Below, piece by piece: positions 36,558 through 49,949 of a stretch of 64,000 bases of DNA. The position numbers and the translations under genes were made by a program. Positions within the stretch are counted from its first letter, which is position 1, and each line of letters starts with the position of its first letter. The notes below the pieces were generated by a model. It was not told where the DNA came from. It ran no database searches and was given only the letters and a program-made list of their open reading frames with translations. The stretch covers positions 120,096,001 to 120,160,000 of the forward strand of contig CM059432.1 in assembly GCA_030390025.1 (NCBI GenBank). The letters run 5' to 3'. The stretch comes from Squalus acanthias (lineage: Eukaryota).

Positions 36558-38149
36558 GGAGGTATCCGCTGGCGAAGACATTGAGGGCGACGGTGACCTT
36601 GACTGCCACTGAGAGAGCAATGGTTGCTCTGGTCTGAGGCTGGAGGTCTGGTTGCAGGAGGTGGCAGAGTTCTGTGACCACCTCCTTGGTGAAGCGGAGC
36701 CTTCTAATACACTGCTCCTTGCTTAATTGGATGGAAGAAATGTGCTCTCGGAATACCCTCGGAGGGTAAAGCCTCCTGTTGAGAGGCCTGATGGTCCTCT
36801 TCCTCTCTCTGGGCAAATGTTCCAGTCTTTCTCGCTGCTTCCGCTCCCTCTGCCGTAGATCCTGGAGGGCGAGGTCAGCTGCCAGTACAGCCCCCATTAA
36901 TGTTGCCAAGTGTAACAGTTTGAATCTTTGAACATTAAATATAGCTACTTTTTAGTTGCCAGAAGACTCCTGATACAGAAGAACCTTGAAATAACTGAAT
37001 GAAACTGTTGCAGTGTGTGAAACTAACAAAAAAACACTGAAACTGCACTAACCTGACAGCTGTGAGTGATTACTGATGATCCCTTTAAATAATGTCCCTG
37101 GAGCCGGCTTCCTGGTGCTGCATGCCAGTTCTCCCTGTCGGTGTTTACTCCAGGCGGTAAGGTAAGTGGCGAGAATCAATTTTGCGAATCGGGCGTTCAG
37201 TGAGTGGTGCATGCTTACTGACCTCACAATCTCCCTGGTGTTGACATTCCCGGCACTACCTCATACTGGCGGTGCTACGGCGGGGACGGATGTTGCGTGT
37301 GGCACTGGATTCGCCTCGCCCCGGCGATACTGTTCTAGCGCCCCATTAGCGTTATCTACTGGCACTAACGGGAGGCGCAAAGGGGACAGATTTCTCCCCC
37401 TAAATGTTTTAAAAGTGCGATTTTGGCAGCCATATAACCCGAGAGTGGCAGAAATGAGCGATGAAATTTACACACAGAGATGTTTTGGCATAAACGTAGC
37501 ACAAATCAATTAAGCACCAATTCCCTCGGAAGGAAATGACCCAACTCCACTCTTACACTGCAGTTACACTGAAACCTTCAAGGCGATTTTGGGCCTCTGT
37601 CTTTCATGATGGAACCTCTACCATTGCAGTCCTTCCCCCTTCGACAATAACTTCATCAGATCAAATAAGTAGACAGAGCCAGGCTAAATATAGATCAGTG
37701 GAACTGCCAGAATCTGAATTAGGCCTTTTAGGGCTTGGCTGACAGACATTGAGAGCCTCCTCAAAGCCAAGAGCCTCTTATGGAAATGTAGTTGCCAACC
37801 ACCACTTATGCTCCTAACACAACCTGAGAAGAAAATTGAGACTATCTAGACGACCACACCATCAACCATCTAGTAAGAGGGGGAAGCACTGTGGTTGCAA
37901 GAAATAGGTTCAGAGACACTTTGTACATATTCACGATAAATAGCTATTGGCACAGCAGTTGATGAATGTTGATTGAGACATCCTTCGGTGGATTTGATGA
38001 AACAGCAGAGATGCAAGGTGTTTTTGAGCAAACAAGATGGATTTGTAAGTGATGCATGGTTTTCCACATTTATTGGTGGGCTTGGTGAACATGCTGTTTG
38101 TGGGGAGGTAACATGCTCGTACTGTGAATGGCTCAGCAGCAGGTTGTTA

Positions 38150-38770
38150 TAGTAAGGGCTTCACAATTTGCTCTTGCAGCTGCCAAAAGTCCCTGTATGG
38201 GTCTTTCCTCTTCCTCATCTGCATCCTGATCATCTGAATATGATCATTGTGCATCCTGTGGTTGCTCCTTAAGATTGATACCTCTTTCAAAGGCAATGTT
38301 GTGAAGAAAGCAACAAGCAACAGCAGATTTTGCAGGCTGGTACTGCAGCACCCCCTGCCACTAACCTGTCCAAACACCAGAACCACTGCTTCAAAAAGCC
38401 AATGGTGTTCTCTGTGATGGCAATTGTGAAAGCATGCAGGTTGTTATATCATCTCCAAGAAGTTGTGCTAGGATAAGGCAAAGGAATCAGTAACCAATGC
38501 AGCAGTTGATCACCATACAGCCAGTCCTTTACTCTATTTTCATCTGCAAAAAGGGTAGTATGGATGACTGCTTCATAATGAAAGCATGGTAACAGTTGCC
38601 TGGGTGTCTGGCAGTCACTTGCATTATGCGATGCCAAATGTCACACACCAGCTGGACGTTGATGGCATAATAACTCTTCTTGTTCAAATACGGGACACAT
38701 CTGCCAGGTTGTGCAAGAAGGTCCATATGAATCCCATTTATAACACCATGCATTTTGGTGGAGGGTAGTG
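38150..38770 (-). pseudogene. Old Harbinger transposase relic
   Basis: GVINGIHM..YLNKKSYYAINVQLVCD, HAFI and WLYGDQ..WLLIP. Confidence 0.7.
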
Positions 38771-39159
38771 TGTAAGTTAACAGTTTGCCGTAGATAAAGA
38801 GCATCGTAGGTTAGTTAGACTAGCGAGGTACAGTGAGTGTAGAGAGAGAGAATACGTGTACTCCAACAAGCGAGACTAACTGAATTCTGCTGAATATACA
38901 GAACAGGCTGCTTGAGCAAGAGTACATAAGAACATAAGAATTAGGAGCAGGAGTAGGCCTCCACCATCGAGCCTACTCCACCATTCAATAAGATCATGGC
39001 TGAACTTTTACATCAATTTCACTTTCCCACCCTATCCCCATATCGCTTGATTCCCTTAGTACCCAAAATTATATTGATCTCAGTCTTGAATATACTCATT
39101 GACTGAGCATCCACAGCCATCTAGGTATAGAGGATTCCAAAGATTCACGACCCTCTGAG

Positions 39160-42100
39160 AGTATGAGCAGCTAGGGGCTAAATTAAAAAGTAGAACCTCA
39201 AGGGTAATAATGTCTGCATTATTACCTGAGCCATGAGCAAATTGGTATAGGGTAAATAAAATTAGAGAGATGAATGTGTGGCTCAAAGACTGGTGTGGGA
39301 GAAATGGGTTTCAATTCCTGGGGCACTGGCACCAGTACTGGGGAAAGTGGGATTTGTATTGTTGGGACGGTCTTCACCTGAACCGTGCTGGGACCAGTGT
39401 TCTGGCGAGTCGTATAACTAGGGCAGGTAGAGAGGGCTTTAAACTAAATATTGGAGGCATGGGATCAAATTTGGGAAGATGTGGTAATTCAAAGATTAGA
39501 GACAAGGCAATAGAGAAAGGTATTAATATGGGAAATGATAAACAGACCGTGACAGGAAAGGATAGAGAGTACAAATCTAAGAGTAAATCAACAGATAAGG
39601 CTAGAGGTTACAAAAATAATAAAAGGACAAAACTAAAGGCTCTGCATCTGAATGCACGTAGCATTCGAAACAAAACAGATGAACTGATAGCGCAAATAGA
39701 AATAAATAAAATATGATCTGATAGCCATTACAGAAACATGGCTGCAGGATGATAAAGATTGGGACCTGAATATTGAAGGGTACATGACATTTAGGAAGGA
39801 CAGGAAGGTGGGAAAAGGTGGAGGGGTGGCTCTGTTAATTAATGATGGTATTAGCACAATAGAGAGGGATGACCTGAGTTCAGGAAACCAGGATTTAGAA
39901 GCGGTTTGGGTAGAGATGAGAAATAATAAAGGCAAGAAGTCACTTGTGGGAGTGGTGTACAGGCCCCCTAACAGTAACCACACGGTAGGATGGAGTATAA
40001 AGGAAGAAATAATGGGAGCTTCTCAGAAGGGTACGGCAATAATCATGGGGGATTTTAAACTGCATATAGACTGGAAAAATCAAATGGGCAAAGATAGCTT
40101 AGATGAGGAGTTCATGGAATGTTTTCAGGATAGTTTCTTACAGCAGCACATTCTGGAGCCAACTAGAGAGCAGGCTCTACTAGACCTGGTATATTGTGCA
40201 ACAAGATAGGATTAATTAATGACCTCATAGTGAAGGCACCCCTAGGTAGCAGCGATCATAATATGATTGAATTTTACATTCAGTTTGAGAGAGAGAAGAG
40301 TGGGTCCAAGACTAGTATTTTAAACTTAAATAAGGGCAATTATGAGGGCATGAAAGCAGAGCTGGCTAAAGTGAACTGGCAAATTAGGTTAAGGGATAGG
40401 TCAATAGAGATGCAGTGGCAGACATTTAAGGGGATATTTCAAAATACACAGAATATATACATTCCAACAAGAAAGAAAAATTCCGTGGTTAACTAAAAAA
40501 GTTAAAGATAGTATTAAACTTAAAGAAAAAGCATATAATTGCGCAAAGATGGGTGGCAGGTCAGAAGTTTGGACAGAATATAAAAAACAGCAAAGAATGA
40601 CTAAAAGATTAATAAGGAGAGAAAAATTAGAGTACGAGAGAAAGCTAGCTAGAAATATAAAAACAGATAGTAAGAGTTTCTATAGATATTTTAAAAAGAA
40701 AAGAGTTAACAAAGTGAGCGTTGGTCCTATAAAAAGTGAGTCTGGGGAATTAATAATGGAAAATAAGGAGATGGCAGTTGAATTGAACCGGTATATTGCA
40801 TTGGTCTTCACTAAAGAGGATACAAGTAATATCCCCGAAATAGCTATAAATCAGGAAATGGAAGGGAGGGAGGAACTCAAGAAAATTATAATCACCAGGG
40901 AAGTGGAACTGAGCCAATTGTTGGAGACCGGCTGACAAGTCCCCGGGTCCTGATGGACTTCATCCTAGGGTCTTAAAAGAAGTGGCTAGTGAGATAGTTG
41001 ATGCGTTGGTTTTAATTTTCCAAAATTCCCTAGATTCGGGGAAGGTTCCATTAGATTGGAAAATAGCGAATGTAACTCTTTTATTCAAAAAGGGAGGGTG
41101 ACAGAAAGCAGGAAACTACAGGCCAGTTAGCTTAACATCTGTCATAGGGAAGATGTTAGAAGCTATTATTAAAGATGTTATAGCAGGGCACTTAGAATAA
41201 GTTCAAAGTAATCAGGCAGAGTCAACATGGTTTTGTGCAAGGGAAATCATGTTTAACCAATTTATTGGAGTTCTTTGAGGATAAAGGGGAACCGGTGGAC
41301 GTTAGATTTCCAGAAGGCATTTGATAAGGTGCCACATCAAAGGTTATTGCGGAAAATAAAAGCTCATGGTGTAGGGGGTAACATACTGGCATGGATAGAA
41401 GATTGGCTAGCTAACAGGAAACAGAGAGTAGGCATAAATGGGTCATTTTCTGATTGGCAAGATGTAACGAGTGGTGTGCCACAGGGATCAGTGCTGGGGC
41501 CTCAACTTTTTATAATTTATATAAATGACTTGGATGAAGGGATCGAAGGTATAGTTGCTAAATTTGCTGATGATACAAACATAGGTAGGAAAGTAAATTG
41601 TGAAGAGGACATAAGGAGGCTACAAAAGGGATATAGATAGGTTAAGTGAGTGGACAAAGATCTGGCAAATGGAGTATAATGTGGGAAAATGTGAAGTTGT
41701 CTATTTTGGCAGGAAGAATAAAAAAGAAGCATATTATCTAAATGGTGAGAGATTGCAGAGCTCTGAGATGCAGAGGGATCTGGGTGTCCTAGTGCAAGAA
41801 TCGCAAAAGGTTACTATGCAGGTACAGCAAGTAATTAGGAAAGCTAATAGAATGTTATCATTTATTGCAAGGGGAATTGAATACAAAAGTAGGGAGGTTA
41901 TGCTTCAGTTATACAGGGCATTGGTGAGACCACATCTGGAGTACTGTGTACAGTATTGGTCTCCTTATTTAAGGAAGGATGTAAATGTGTTGGAAGCAGT
42001 TCAGAGAATGTTTACTAGACTAATACCTGGAATGGGCGGGTTGTCTTATGAGGAAAGGTTGGACAGGCTAGGCTTGTATCCGCTGGAGTTTAGAAAAGTA

Positions 42101-42506
42101 AGAGGTGACTTGATTGAAACATATAAGATCCTGAGGGATCTGGTGAGGGTGGAAGTGGAGAGGATGTTTCCTCTTGTGGGAGAATCTAGAACTAGGGGTC
42201 ACTGTTTAAAAATAAGGGGTCGCCCATTTAAGACAGAGATGAGGAGAAATTTTTTCTCATAGAGGGTCATGAGTCTTTGGAACTCTCTTCCTCAGAGGGC
42301 GGTGGAAGCAGAGTCTTTGAATATTTTTAAGGCAGAGGTAGATAGATTCTTGCTAAGCAAGGAGGTGAAAAGTTATCGGGGGTAGGCGGGAATGCGGAGT
42401 AATCGGATCAGCCATGATCTTATTGAATGGCGGAGCAGGCTCGAAGGGCCGAGTGGCCTACTCCTGCTCCTAATTCGTATGTTCTTATGTATGTACGTAT
42501 GTTCGT
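39160..42506 (+). mobile_element. CR1 LINE (end of ORF1 esterase, APE, RT, 3' UTR, tail), frameshifted
   Basis: DGLHLN (ORF1), LNARSIRNK (APE), [10 protein letters not shown] and KFADD. (TATGTTCG)-type tail ending at 42506. Confidence 0.92.
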
Positions 42507-43267
42507 AAGAATTTTCTCCTCATCTCGATCCTAAATGGCCGACCCCTTATCCTGAGACTATGACCCCTAGTTCTAGACTCTCTACCCTGTCAAGCCGTTT
42601 AAAAATATATACGTTTCAATGAGATCACCTCTCAGCTTCTAACTCTAGAGAATATAGGCCCATTCTAGTCAATATCTCCTCATAGAACAGCCATCTCACC
42701 CCAGGAATCAATCTAGTGAACCTTCGTTGCAACACTTCTAAGGCAAGAATATCCTTCCTTCAGTAAGGAGACCAAGGGGGGAAAAATTTGGTACCTTAGC
42801 ACGTCCCGTTAGCGCCAGCAGATGGTGCTAATGGGGCACTAGAACATTATCGCCAGGGCGAGGCGAATCCAGCGCCGCAAGCCAATTCCGCCCCTACCAG
42901 CAGCGCCGCCGTTAACAGTTATTGCCAGGAGCCTCAACGCCAGGTGGATCATGATGTCAGTGAGTGTACAATGCTCACTGACCGCCCGATCTGCAAAATT
43001 GATTGTCGCCATCTACCTTAGCGCCTGGAGGAAACAGCGACAGGGAGAGCTGGCGTGAAGCACCAGGAAGACGGCTCCAGAGACATTATTTAAAGGGATC
43101 ATCAGTAATGAGCTGCAGCTGTAGGTTAGTGGAGTTTCAATGCTTTCTTGTCAGTTTCACATAGTGCAACAGTCTCATTCCATGATTTAAAGGTTATTTA
43201 GTATCAGGAGTGTTGTGGCAACTAAAACGTAGCTACCTTTAATCTTTAAAAAATCAAACTGCTACAT

Positions 43268-44440
43268 GTGGTTACATTAATGGGGGCTGTACTGGCAGTT
43301 GACCTCGCCCTTCAGGATCTACGGTGGAGGGAGCGTAGGCAGCAAGAAAGACTGGAACATGTGGCCAGAGGGAGGAGTAGGGGTATCAGGGCTCTCAACG
43401 GGAGGCCTTACCCTCCGAGGGTATTCCGAGAGCACTTCTCCTACCTCCAATTAAGCAAGGAGCAGTGTATTAGAAGGTGCCGTTTCACCAAGGAGGTGAT
43501 CAAAGAATTCTGCCACCTCCTGCAACCAGGCCTTCAGCCTCAGATCAGAGCAGACCACGGCTCTCTCAGTGGCAGTCAAGGTCACCGTCACCCTCAATGT
43601 CTTCGCCAGTGGATCCTTCCAGTCTGCAACAGGAGACATAGCTAAAATCTCCCAGTTCGCCGTCCAACGTTGCATCCAGGAGGTCACAGAGACTCTCTAC
43701 AGTAGGAGAAGGGACTGCATTTCCTTCCCCATCACAAGAGATAAGCAGGATGAGTGTGCATGTGGCTTTGCCAGGATAGCACGATACCCCATGGTGCCGG
43801 GCACCATTGACTGCACCCACGTGGCTTTGCAGGCACCGCATAACAATCCTGAGATCTTCCGTAACCGGAAAGGCTTCCACTCGCTTAATGTACAGTCAGT
43901 GTGTGACCACAGACAGTGAATCCTCAAAGTCGATGCCCGCTATCCTGGCAGCAGCCACGATGCCTTTGTCCTGCGCCAGACCGGTGTGCCAGCACTCTTC
44001 CAGCCACCATGTCAAACTCGCAGCTGGCTGCTCGGAGACAAGGGCTATCCGCTCTCCAGCTGGCTCATGACTCCCCTCCGCAGCCCCAACACTCCTGCCC
44101 CGCACTCATATAATAAGAGCCATGCTGCCACCAGGAACATCATCGAGCAGACCATCGGCCTGCTGAAGCAATGGTTCCACTGTCTTGAATGCTCGGGAGG
44201 AGCCCTCAGTACTCGGCTGAGTGGGTCTCCCATTTCGTGGTGGTATGCTGCATTCTCCACAACTTGGCCATCATAAGGGCCCAGCTCTTGCTACCAGAGA
44301 TTGCGGGACCACCTCAGGAGGAGGAAGAGGGAGAGGAGGAGGACGAGGAGGATGAGGGAGAGGAGGAGGATGATGAGGATGAGGAGGACGAGGAACAGGA
44401 GCGGTCTGTGATCTCCTCATCAGACTGCGGATCGAATGAA
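43268..44440 (+). pseudogene. HARBI1-like DDE transposase, frameshifted
   Basis: ORFs 43268..43645, 43569..43919 and 43986..44276 ([26 protein letters not shown]), with a poly-Glu/Asp tail. Confidence 0.9.
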
Positions 44441-44603
44441 TTAAACCCCAGATCCCCGTCAGTCACCACATCTCCATCATTCCATCCCTGTTACAGGCCA
44501 TATCACAGTGCAAAGCTGAAATGAGACACAGCACAAAAGAATCCAAAATGAATTAATAAATTTATCAAAAATCAGTGAACATATATTTACAACAGAATAT
44601 TTA

Positions 44604-46428
44604 CTATTCACCCTTGTGCAATCCCATAGTGGCCCTCGTTACAGTGCCTTTGCCTACTCTAGTGCTCCTACGAAGTGTTGGCTCAGTGGCTGCAGCACAG
44701 CTGGTGGAAGGCTGCTGTGTGTCTGTCCGGAAGACTTCAGCTGGCCTTGCAGGATGCGCTCGACCAGCTCTGGACCTGGAAGGCCCGGCTGTAGACTGCA
44801 CCACCTCAGAATGTGTGGCAGCAGTCTAGGCTGGCTGGATGACAGGCAGCGACAAGGGCAATGGCGGAGTGGCAGTGGTGGGAGCAGGAATGCTGTAATT
44901 CTGAGAGAGGACAGCAGCTTCCTGCTTCACTGACCCACTGCCACTCCCACGGGGTAGCACCTCAGCATCCTTAGCAATCTGTTGGAGCACAGATTGCTGG
45001 CCTGCTGAGACACCGTGAAAGCCCTGGTCGACGGTGGTAGACCCAGCCACTATGGCAGCCATCTGAGCTTGCGTGGCACCAAGCATAGACTGCATTACAG
45101 CACTAAGACGTTGCATGGCTTCTGCCTGTGCTGCAATGGAAGCTGCCAGATCGCCCATCACACACGGCATCAGGTCTGGGTCACCACGGTCTCTCTGGGA
45201 GTCTACCATCCTTTCCAGACTGGAAATGATGGGCTGTATGGTGTGCGCAGAGCGTTGTGCAATGTTGGAAGCAGACTCCTCCACGCTCCTTATCATTGCC
45301 AAGAGGCTCTCGGGCACCCTTGCCATTGCGCCTATCATCTCCGTGTGCATGCCCATCACCCTTCTTCTAAATGCCTCCCCATCGAGTTCCTCATCTGAGT
45401 CCTGTGCAGCAGAACTCGCGCGCAAAATCACCCTCCGGGGAGCTGGCCCCTGAGCTACCCTTTCCCCCTGGCCTTGCTGCAGCCCACTCGTCCCCGGTGC
45501 CTCACCCTATGCAGATCCCGCTACTATACTAGCCTCTAAAGAATGCGTAGTGCCAGTGTCTGAGCTGGTGTCTGCAGGTGAGACATGCAGTGATGTGGTG
45601 TGTTCTTCCTCCTCCTCTTCTCCCACCTCGACTCTATGGTGCCCTCAGGGACAGGCTGCTCAGGAGCTTGCTCATTATCTGAAAGCATAAAGGCACAAGA
45701 GTCAGGTTAAGGTTGGGGGAGGCGGGCAGGAGGGAGAAATTAATGCATACAGCATGATTAGATGGAAAGTGCAAAACCCTTTTAGGGTGAGGGGGAAGTG
45801 GGATGTGAGAAGAAGGAGTAGGGATGAACATACCGTTGTTGTCCCCAAGCGGCTCAATGTTGCCGGTGGCCACGGCGCCCACCACCTGGTGCCCAATAAT
45901 CTGCAGTTCTCTATTTTCCAGTGCACAGTAATTGGGTGTTGGTTTCTCACCCGCCTATGCGCTCCTGCTCCCTCCTGTTGTGAGCCACCTTGGCCTGCAA
46001 GAGAAAGGAAAGTGTGTGACTGAGTGTGGAGCAATGTGTTTGGGTGATGTGCCTACCATAGTTGAGTAGCTGTCATTGTGTGCAAGGTGTGAGATGCGGG
46101 TGTGAGTGCTGGTAGGTCAAGATTGTTGGTGGGTGAGTGCTGGGGGTGTGGTGCTTTGGGCATTGTGTGAAGACTGTGGTTCAGATGCTCAGATGGCATC
46201 TGAGTGAGGTTGCTAAATTTCTTCCTGAACTGTGTGTGGATCCTATGCACCACAGTGCTGCCTGAGATGTATTGCGCTACCTCCCTCCACATGGAAGACT
46301 TGCGGCGAGGGCCTCCTGCCACTTGTCGGGCAGAGCACCGCCCTCCATCTCTCCACAGCGAACACCAACACCTCCAATGCTTGATTGCAGAATCTGCGGG
46401 CTCTCTCCCTGGGGCATGGATCTGCCAT
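44604..46428 (-). pseudogene. Harbinger Myb/SANT-like gene (3 exons), convergent with the transposase
   Basis: MADPCPRERARRF.. start and ..GLHKGE end; homologous to 30451-32286. Confidence 0.82.
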
Positions 46429-48409
46429 AAGTACAGCTGCTTCAGTCCTCCAGCTCCTTCTCCTTGACCTGCTGTTGTTTGCTGATGCAGCTGCTCAGCC
46501 AGTAATGCTGAGAATGGGGTTCTGCAGCATCAATGAACCTCCCCTTTACGAACTGGAAAATGCCTGTGGCAATCATGACTTGGAATTAGAGTGCACCAGA
46601 TATTGGTCCACCCTTTGAGTGTAACATGAATGAGCTTGGGCTTAAAGACTTGAATTAGGACTCCAATCATTTCTTTGAGCAGTGAGCGCAAATTTTGTGT
46701 GTAGTCTAAAGCATTAAAGCCTGCCGCTAATTCTCCAACTTTTCTAATTATTCTGCCCATTCCTGGGCTATAATGAATTTCTAGCTCCAAAACTGTACAC
46801 AATACTTCAGGTGTGGTCTCACCAAAGCCCTAAATTGCAGCAAGACTTCCTTATTCTCATACTGCAACCCCCTTGCAATAAAGTCTAACATACCATTGCC
46901 TTCTAATTGCTTGCTTTAATTGCATGTTAACTTTCTGTGATTCATGTAAAAGGACACCCAAATTCCTCTGGATACAATCATTTACTGGTCTCTCACCCTC
47001 TAAAAAATATTCTGCTTTTCCATTCTTCCTACCAAAGTGAATAATTTCACACTTCCCCACATTATACTCCATCTGCCAACTTCTTGCCCAATCACCTATA
47101 TCCCTTTGTAGCCTCTTTGCATTCTCCTCACTGCTTATTTTCCCGCCTAGCTTTGGCAAACTTGGATATATTACACTCGGTCCCCTCATCTAAGTCAGTG
47201 ACAAAGATTGTAAATAGCTGAGGCCCAAGTACTGATCCTTGTGGTACCCTACTAGTTACACCCTATAATCCCAAAAATGACCCATTTATTCCTACTCTGT
47301 TTTCTGTCCATTAACCAAATCCTCAATTCATGCTAATATATTACCCCCAATCCAATGAGTCCTAATCTTGTGTAACAACCACCTGTGTAGCACCTTTTCA
47401 AATGCCTTCTGAAAATCTGAATATACTATATCCACTGGTTCCCCTTTATCTACCCTGCTAGTTACCCCCTCAAAAAACTCTAATAGATTTGCCAAATACG
47501 ATTTCCCTTTCATAAAACCGTGTTGACTCTGCCCAATTATATTGTGATTTTCTCAGTGTCCTGTTACCACTTCCTTGATAATGGATTCTAGCATTTTCCC
47601 TACAACTGATGTCAGGCTAACTGGCCTATAGTTCCCTGTTTTCTCTCTCCCTCTTTTCTTTAATAGCAGGGTTACATTTGCTACCTTCCAATCCACGGGA
47701 CTGTTCTAGAATCTAGGGAATTCTGGAAGATCAAAACTAAAGCATCCACTATCTCTGCAGCCACCTCTTTTAAGCCCCTAGGATGTAAGCCATTTGGTAC
47801 AGGATATTTGTCAGTTTTTAGTCCCATTAATTTTTCCAGTACTTTTTCTTTACTACTATTAATTACTTTAAGTTCCTCACTCACATTAGACCCTTGATTC
47901 CCAATTATATCTGGTATGTTCTTTGTGTCCTCTACTATGAAGAAAGACAGAAAATATTTGTTTGACGTCTCTGCAATTTCCTTATTCCCCATTATAATTA
48001 CTCCTGTCTCTGCTTCTAAGGGACCCACGTTTACTTTAACTAATCTCTTCCTTTTTACATACTTGTTGAAGCTTTTACAATCTGTTTTTATAAGCATTAT
48101 GTGACATCACTCATACCTACAACCAGCTTTACTTAAATCCTGTTGGTTGTAGACATGAAAGCAGAATTAAAAATAATGGCCATAGATGTAACTAACCGCA
48201 GTACTGGTTAAAACTAATTAGAGATAAGTAGAATGCTTAGCTTAGCTAGAACTTATATCACATGACTGTGATAGCGTAAGGTTTAATATACTGCCATAAA
48301 CAGACAGACCCAGGCCTAAATAAAAAGTGCTGAACTGTGCTCGGCAGAATATTGTAATGGAAACATGATACAAAGACCTGGAGATAAGGGAAATTGTGGT
48401 AGCCATATA

Positions 48410-49630
48410 TACGGGCGGAGTTTTCACATTTTCCAAACTGCATGAAATGTGAGAAATAAGCATCATGTGACATCACTCTTACCTGCAACCAGCTTGACTT
48501 TATCGTTGTTGGTTGTAGGCCCACCTATAAAAACAGAGTACAGGCTATCTACAAAGGTAGCATGGCAGTGGTGTAGGTCTGGGGAAAATGTGTGGCAATT
48601 GTTCAGAGAGTACGAGTGAGGCATTGTAGGTCAGTCTTAAACAAAGGAATAGCACATCAGGCTCGGGTACACCATATCTTGTGACCAAAGTAGATATAGT
48701 ATAATTAAAGTATAAAATGGAATGCAATGTACCCTTGGTGAGACTCAAGACTGTGAATTGCCTCGTGAGGTGAAAGCTTGTACCTAATAAATGGATATCC
48801 TACTTGTGATTATATAGATGTATTGCTTTCATGTACTACTTAGAGTGTTGCCTTTAACTAATAAATATCTACAAGATATATCACTAGCTCATGGGTTCTT
48901 GAATCTGTTAATTAAATAACGGATACAAAGTAGGGTCTGAGAAGCTAGAGTAGTAGCCTTGATTCGATATAAAATCCAACATTTGGGAAATCCCGCTGTA
49001 TGGTAAAACAAAGCCTTTGAAGAACTAGTCTTCAGTAAGGTCGAAAAATGGTTTGTGGGTCCAGTAAATCCTTGGAGGTGATGCCCTGCCCTTCATGTGC
49101 TGCCTAACTTGCTTGCTCCTCTTCCTCCTCCTGCTCCAAATAAGCTAAGTACAGTGGGATTCCAAAGGGCACCCTCATTAGGGACTGTCACTGCAAGCCT
49201 CTCCCACAGGATGGATTCAGGTTTTTGAGATGCTAACCCCCAGACCAAGAGAAAAATCTTTAACAGCAAAATCAGTAAATTACACATTTTCCCCAGACCT
49301 ACGCTGCAGGAATGCTACCTTTGCAGAAAGCCTGGGCTCTCTTTTTATAGCTGGGCCTTGCTCCCGGCCTACAACCAACAGCAATGAAGTAAAACAAAAG
49401 CAAAGTACTGCGGATGCTGGAAATCTGAAGTAAAAACAGAAAATGCTGGGAATACTCAGCAGGTCAGGCAGCATCTGTGGAGAGAGAAACAGAGTTAACG
49501 GTTCAGGTCGATGACTTTTCGTCAGAACTGAAAGCAATGAAGTAAAGCTGGTTGCAGGTCGGCGTGATGTCACATGATGCCTGTTTCACACATTTCATGC
49601 AGTTTGGAAAATGTGCAAACTCCACCCATA
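48410..49630. repeat. ~110-bp imperfect inverted repeats around a ~0.85-kb non-coding core (possible non-autonomous TIR element)
   Basis: 48414-48521 is the reverse complement of 49366-49627 once the Penelope insertion is removed. A third partial direct copy lies at 48093-48155. Confidence 0.6.
49394..49532 (-). mobile_element. Solo Penelope terminal repeat with mutated hammerhead core
   Basis: 14-bp TSD AGCAATGAAGTAAA (49380-49393, 49533-49546). The core reads CTGACGA..GAAC. Confidence 0.85.
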
Positions 49631-49949
49631 AAAATGATGGTGATCCTGGTCCACCTGTCAGAAATGCGCCCCGTCACATTTAAACGACGTGTGGAGTATG
49701 GCCAAGTGACCCCACCCCCGAGATTTCCTGCATTTCCACTCAGTTACCACCCCTGAAAACCACCGCCACTGTAAAGGTGATGGCGCTGAGCCTGTACACT
49801 ACCCCACAGGCGAGAGGAGATCGGGAAGCTGAACGGTCACAGAGGACTGTTAACTGTAACACTGTTTTGGCTGGGAATTACTTCCACTCCACTGAATTTG
49901 CAGTTTCTGAGTATTTGTGAAGCTTACAGTGAATTTAATAAGAGCTCGG

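Larger units (their letters stand above)
32452..36906 (-). pseudogene. HARBI1-like DDE transposase (segments ~36560-36906 and 32452-33314), frameshifted
   Basis: CIRRLRF, GAIDCTHV, NRKGFHSLNVQ, GSSHDAF and IEQTFS motifs, with a poly-Glu C-terminus. Confidence 0.9.
30430..37400 (-). mobile_element. PIF/Harbinger transposon copy A (transposase minus, Myb gene plus); left end not resolved
   Basis: Reverse-orientation relative of 42776-46787. Right end ATTTCTCCCCC|TAA at 37400. Interrupted by 33316-36557. Confidence 0.85.
42776..46787 (+). mobile_element. PIF/Harbinger transposon copy B, both ends present (~4.0 kb)
   Basis: CAA duplicated at 42773-42775 and 46788-46790 within CR1; the empty site GAGACCAAAACTG is at 26943. 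Imperfect TIRs. Transposase on plus, Myb gene on minus. Confidence 0.9.
38926..48095 (-). mobile_element. CR1 LINE in three pieces (38926-39159, 42507-42775, 46788-48095)
   Basis: Tail (ACATAAGA) at 38924-38939. The sequence resumes after each nested insertion. RT pieces 47681..48097, 47328..47513 and 46857..47189. Confidence 0.85.

Noticed and set aside
43268..44440. Host HARBI1 gene
   Set aside because: Frameshifted, multicopy, and enclosed by TIRs and a TSD, so it is a transposon copy.
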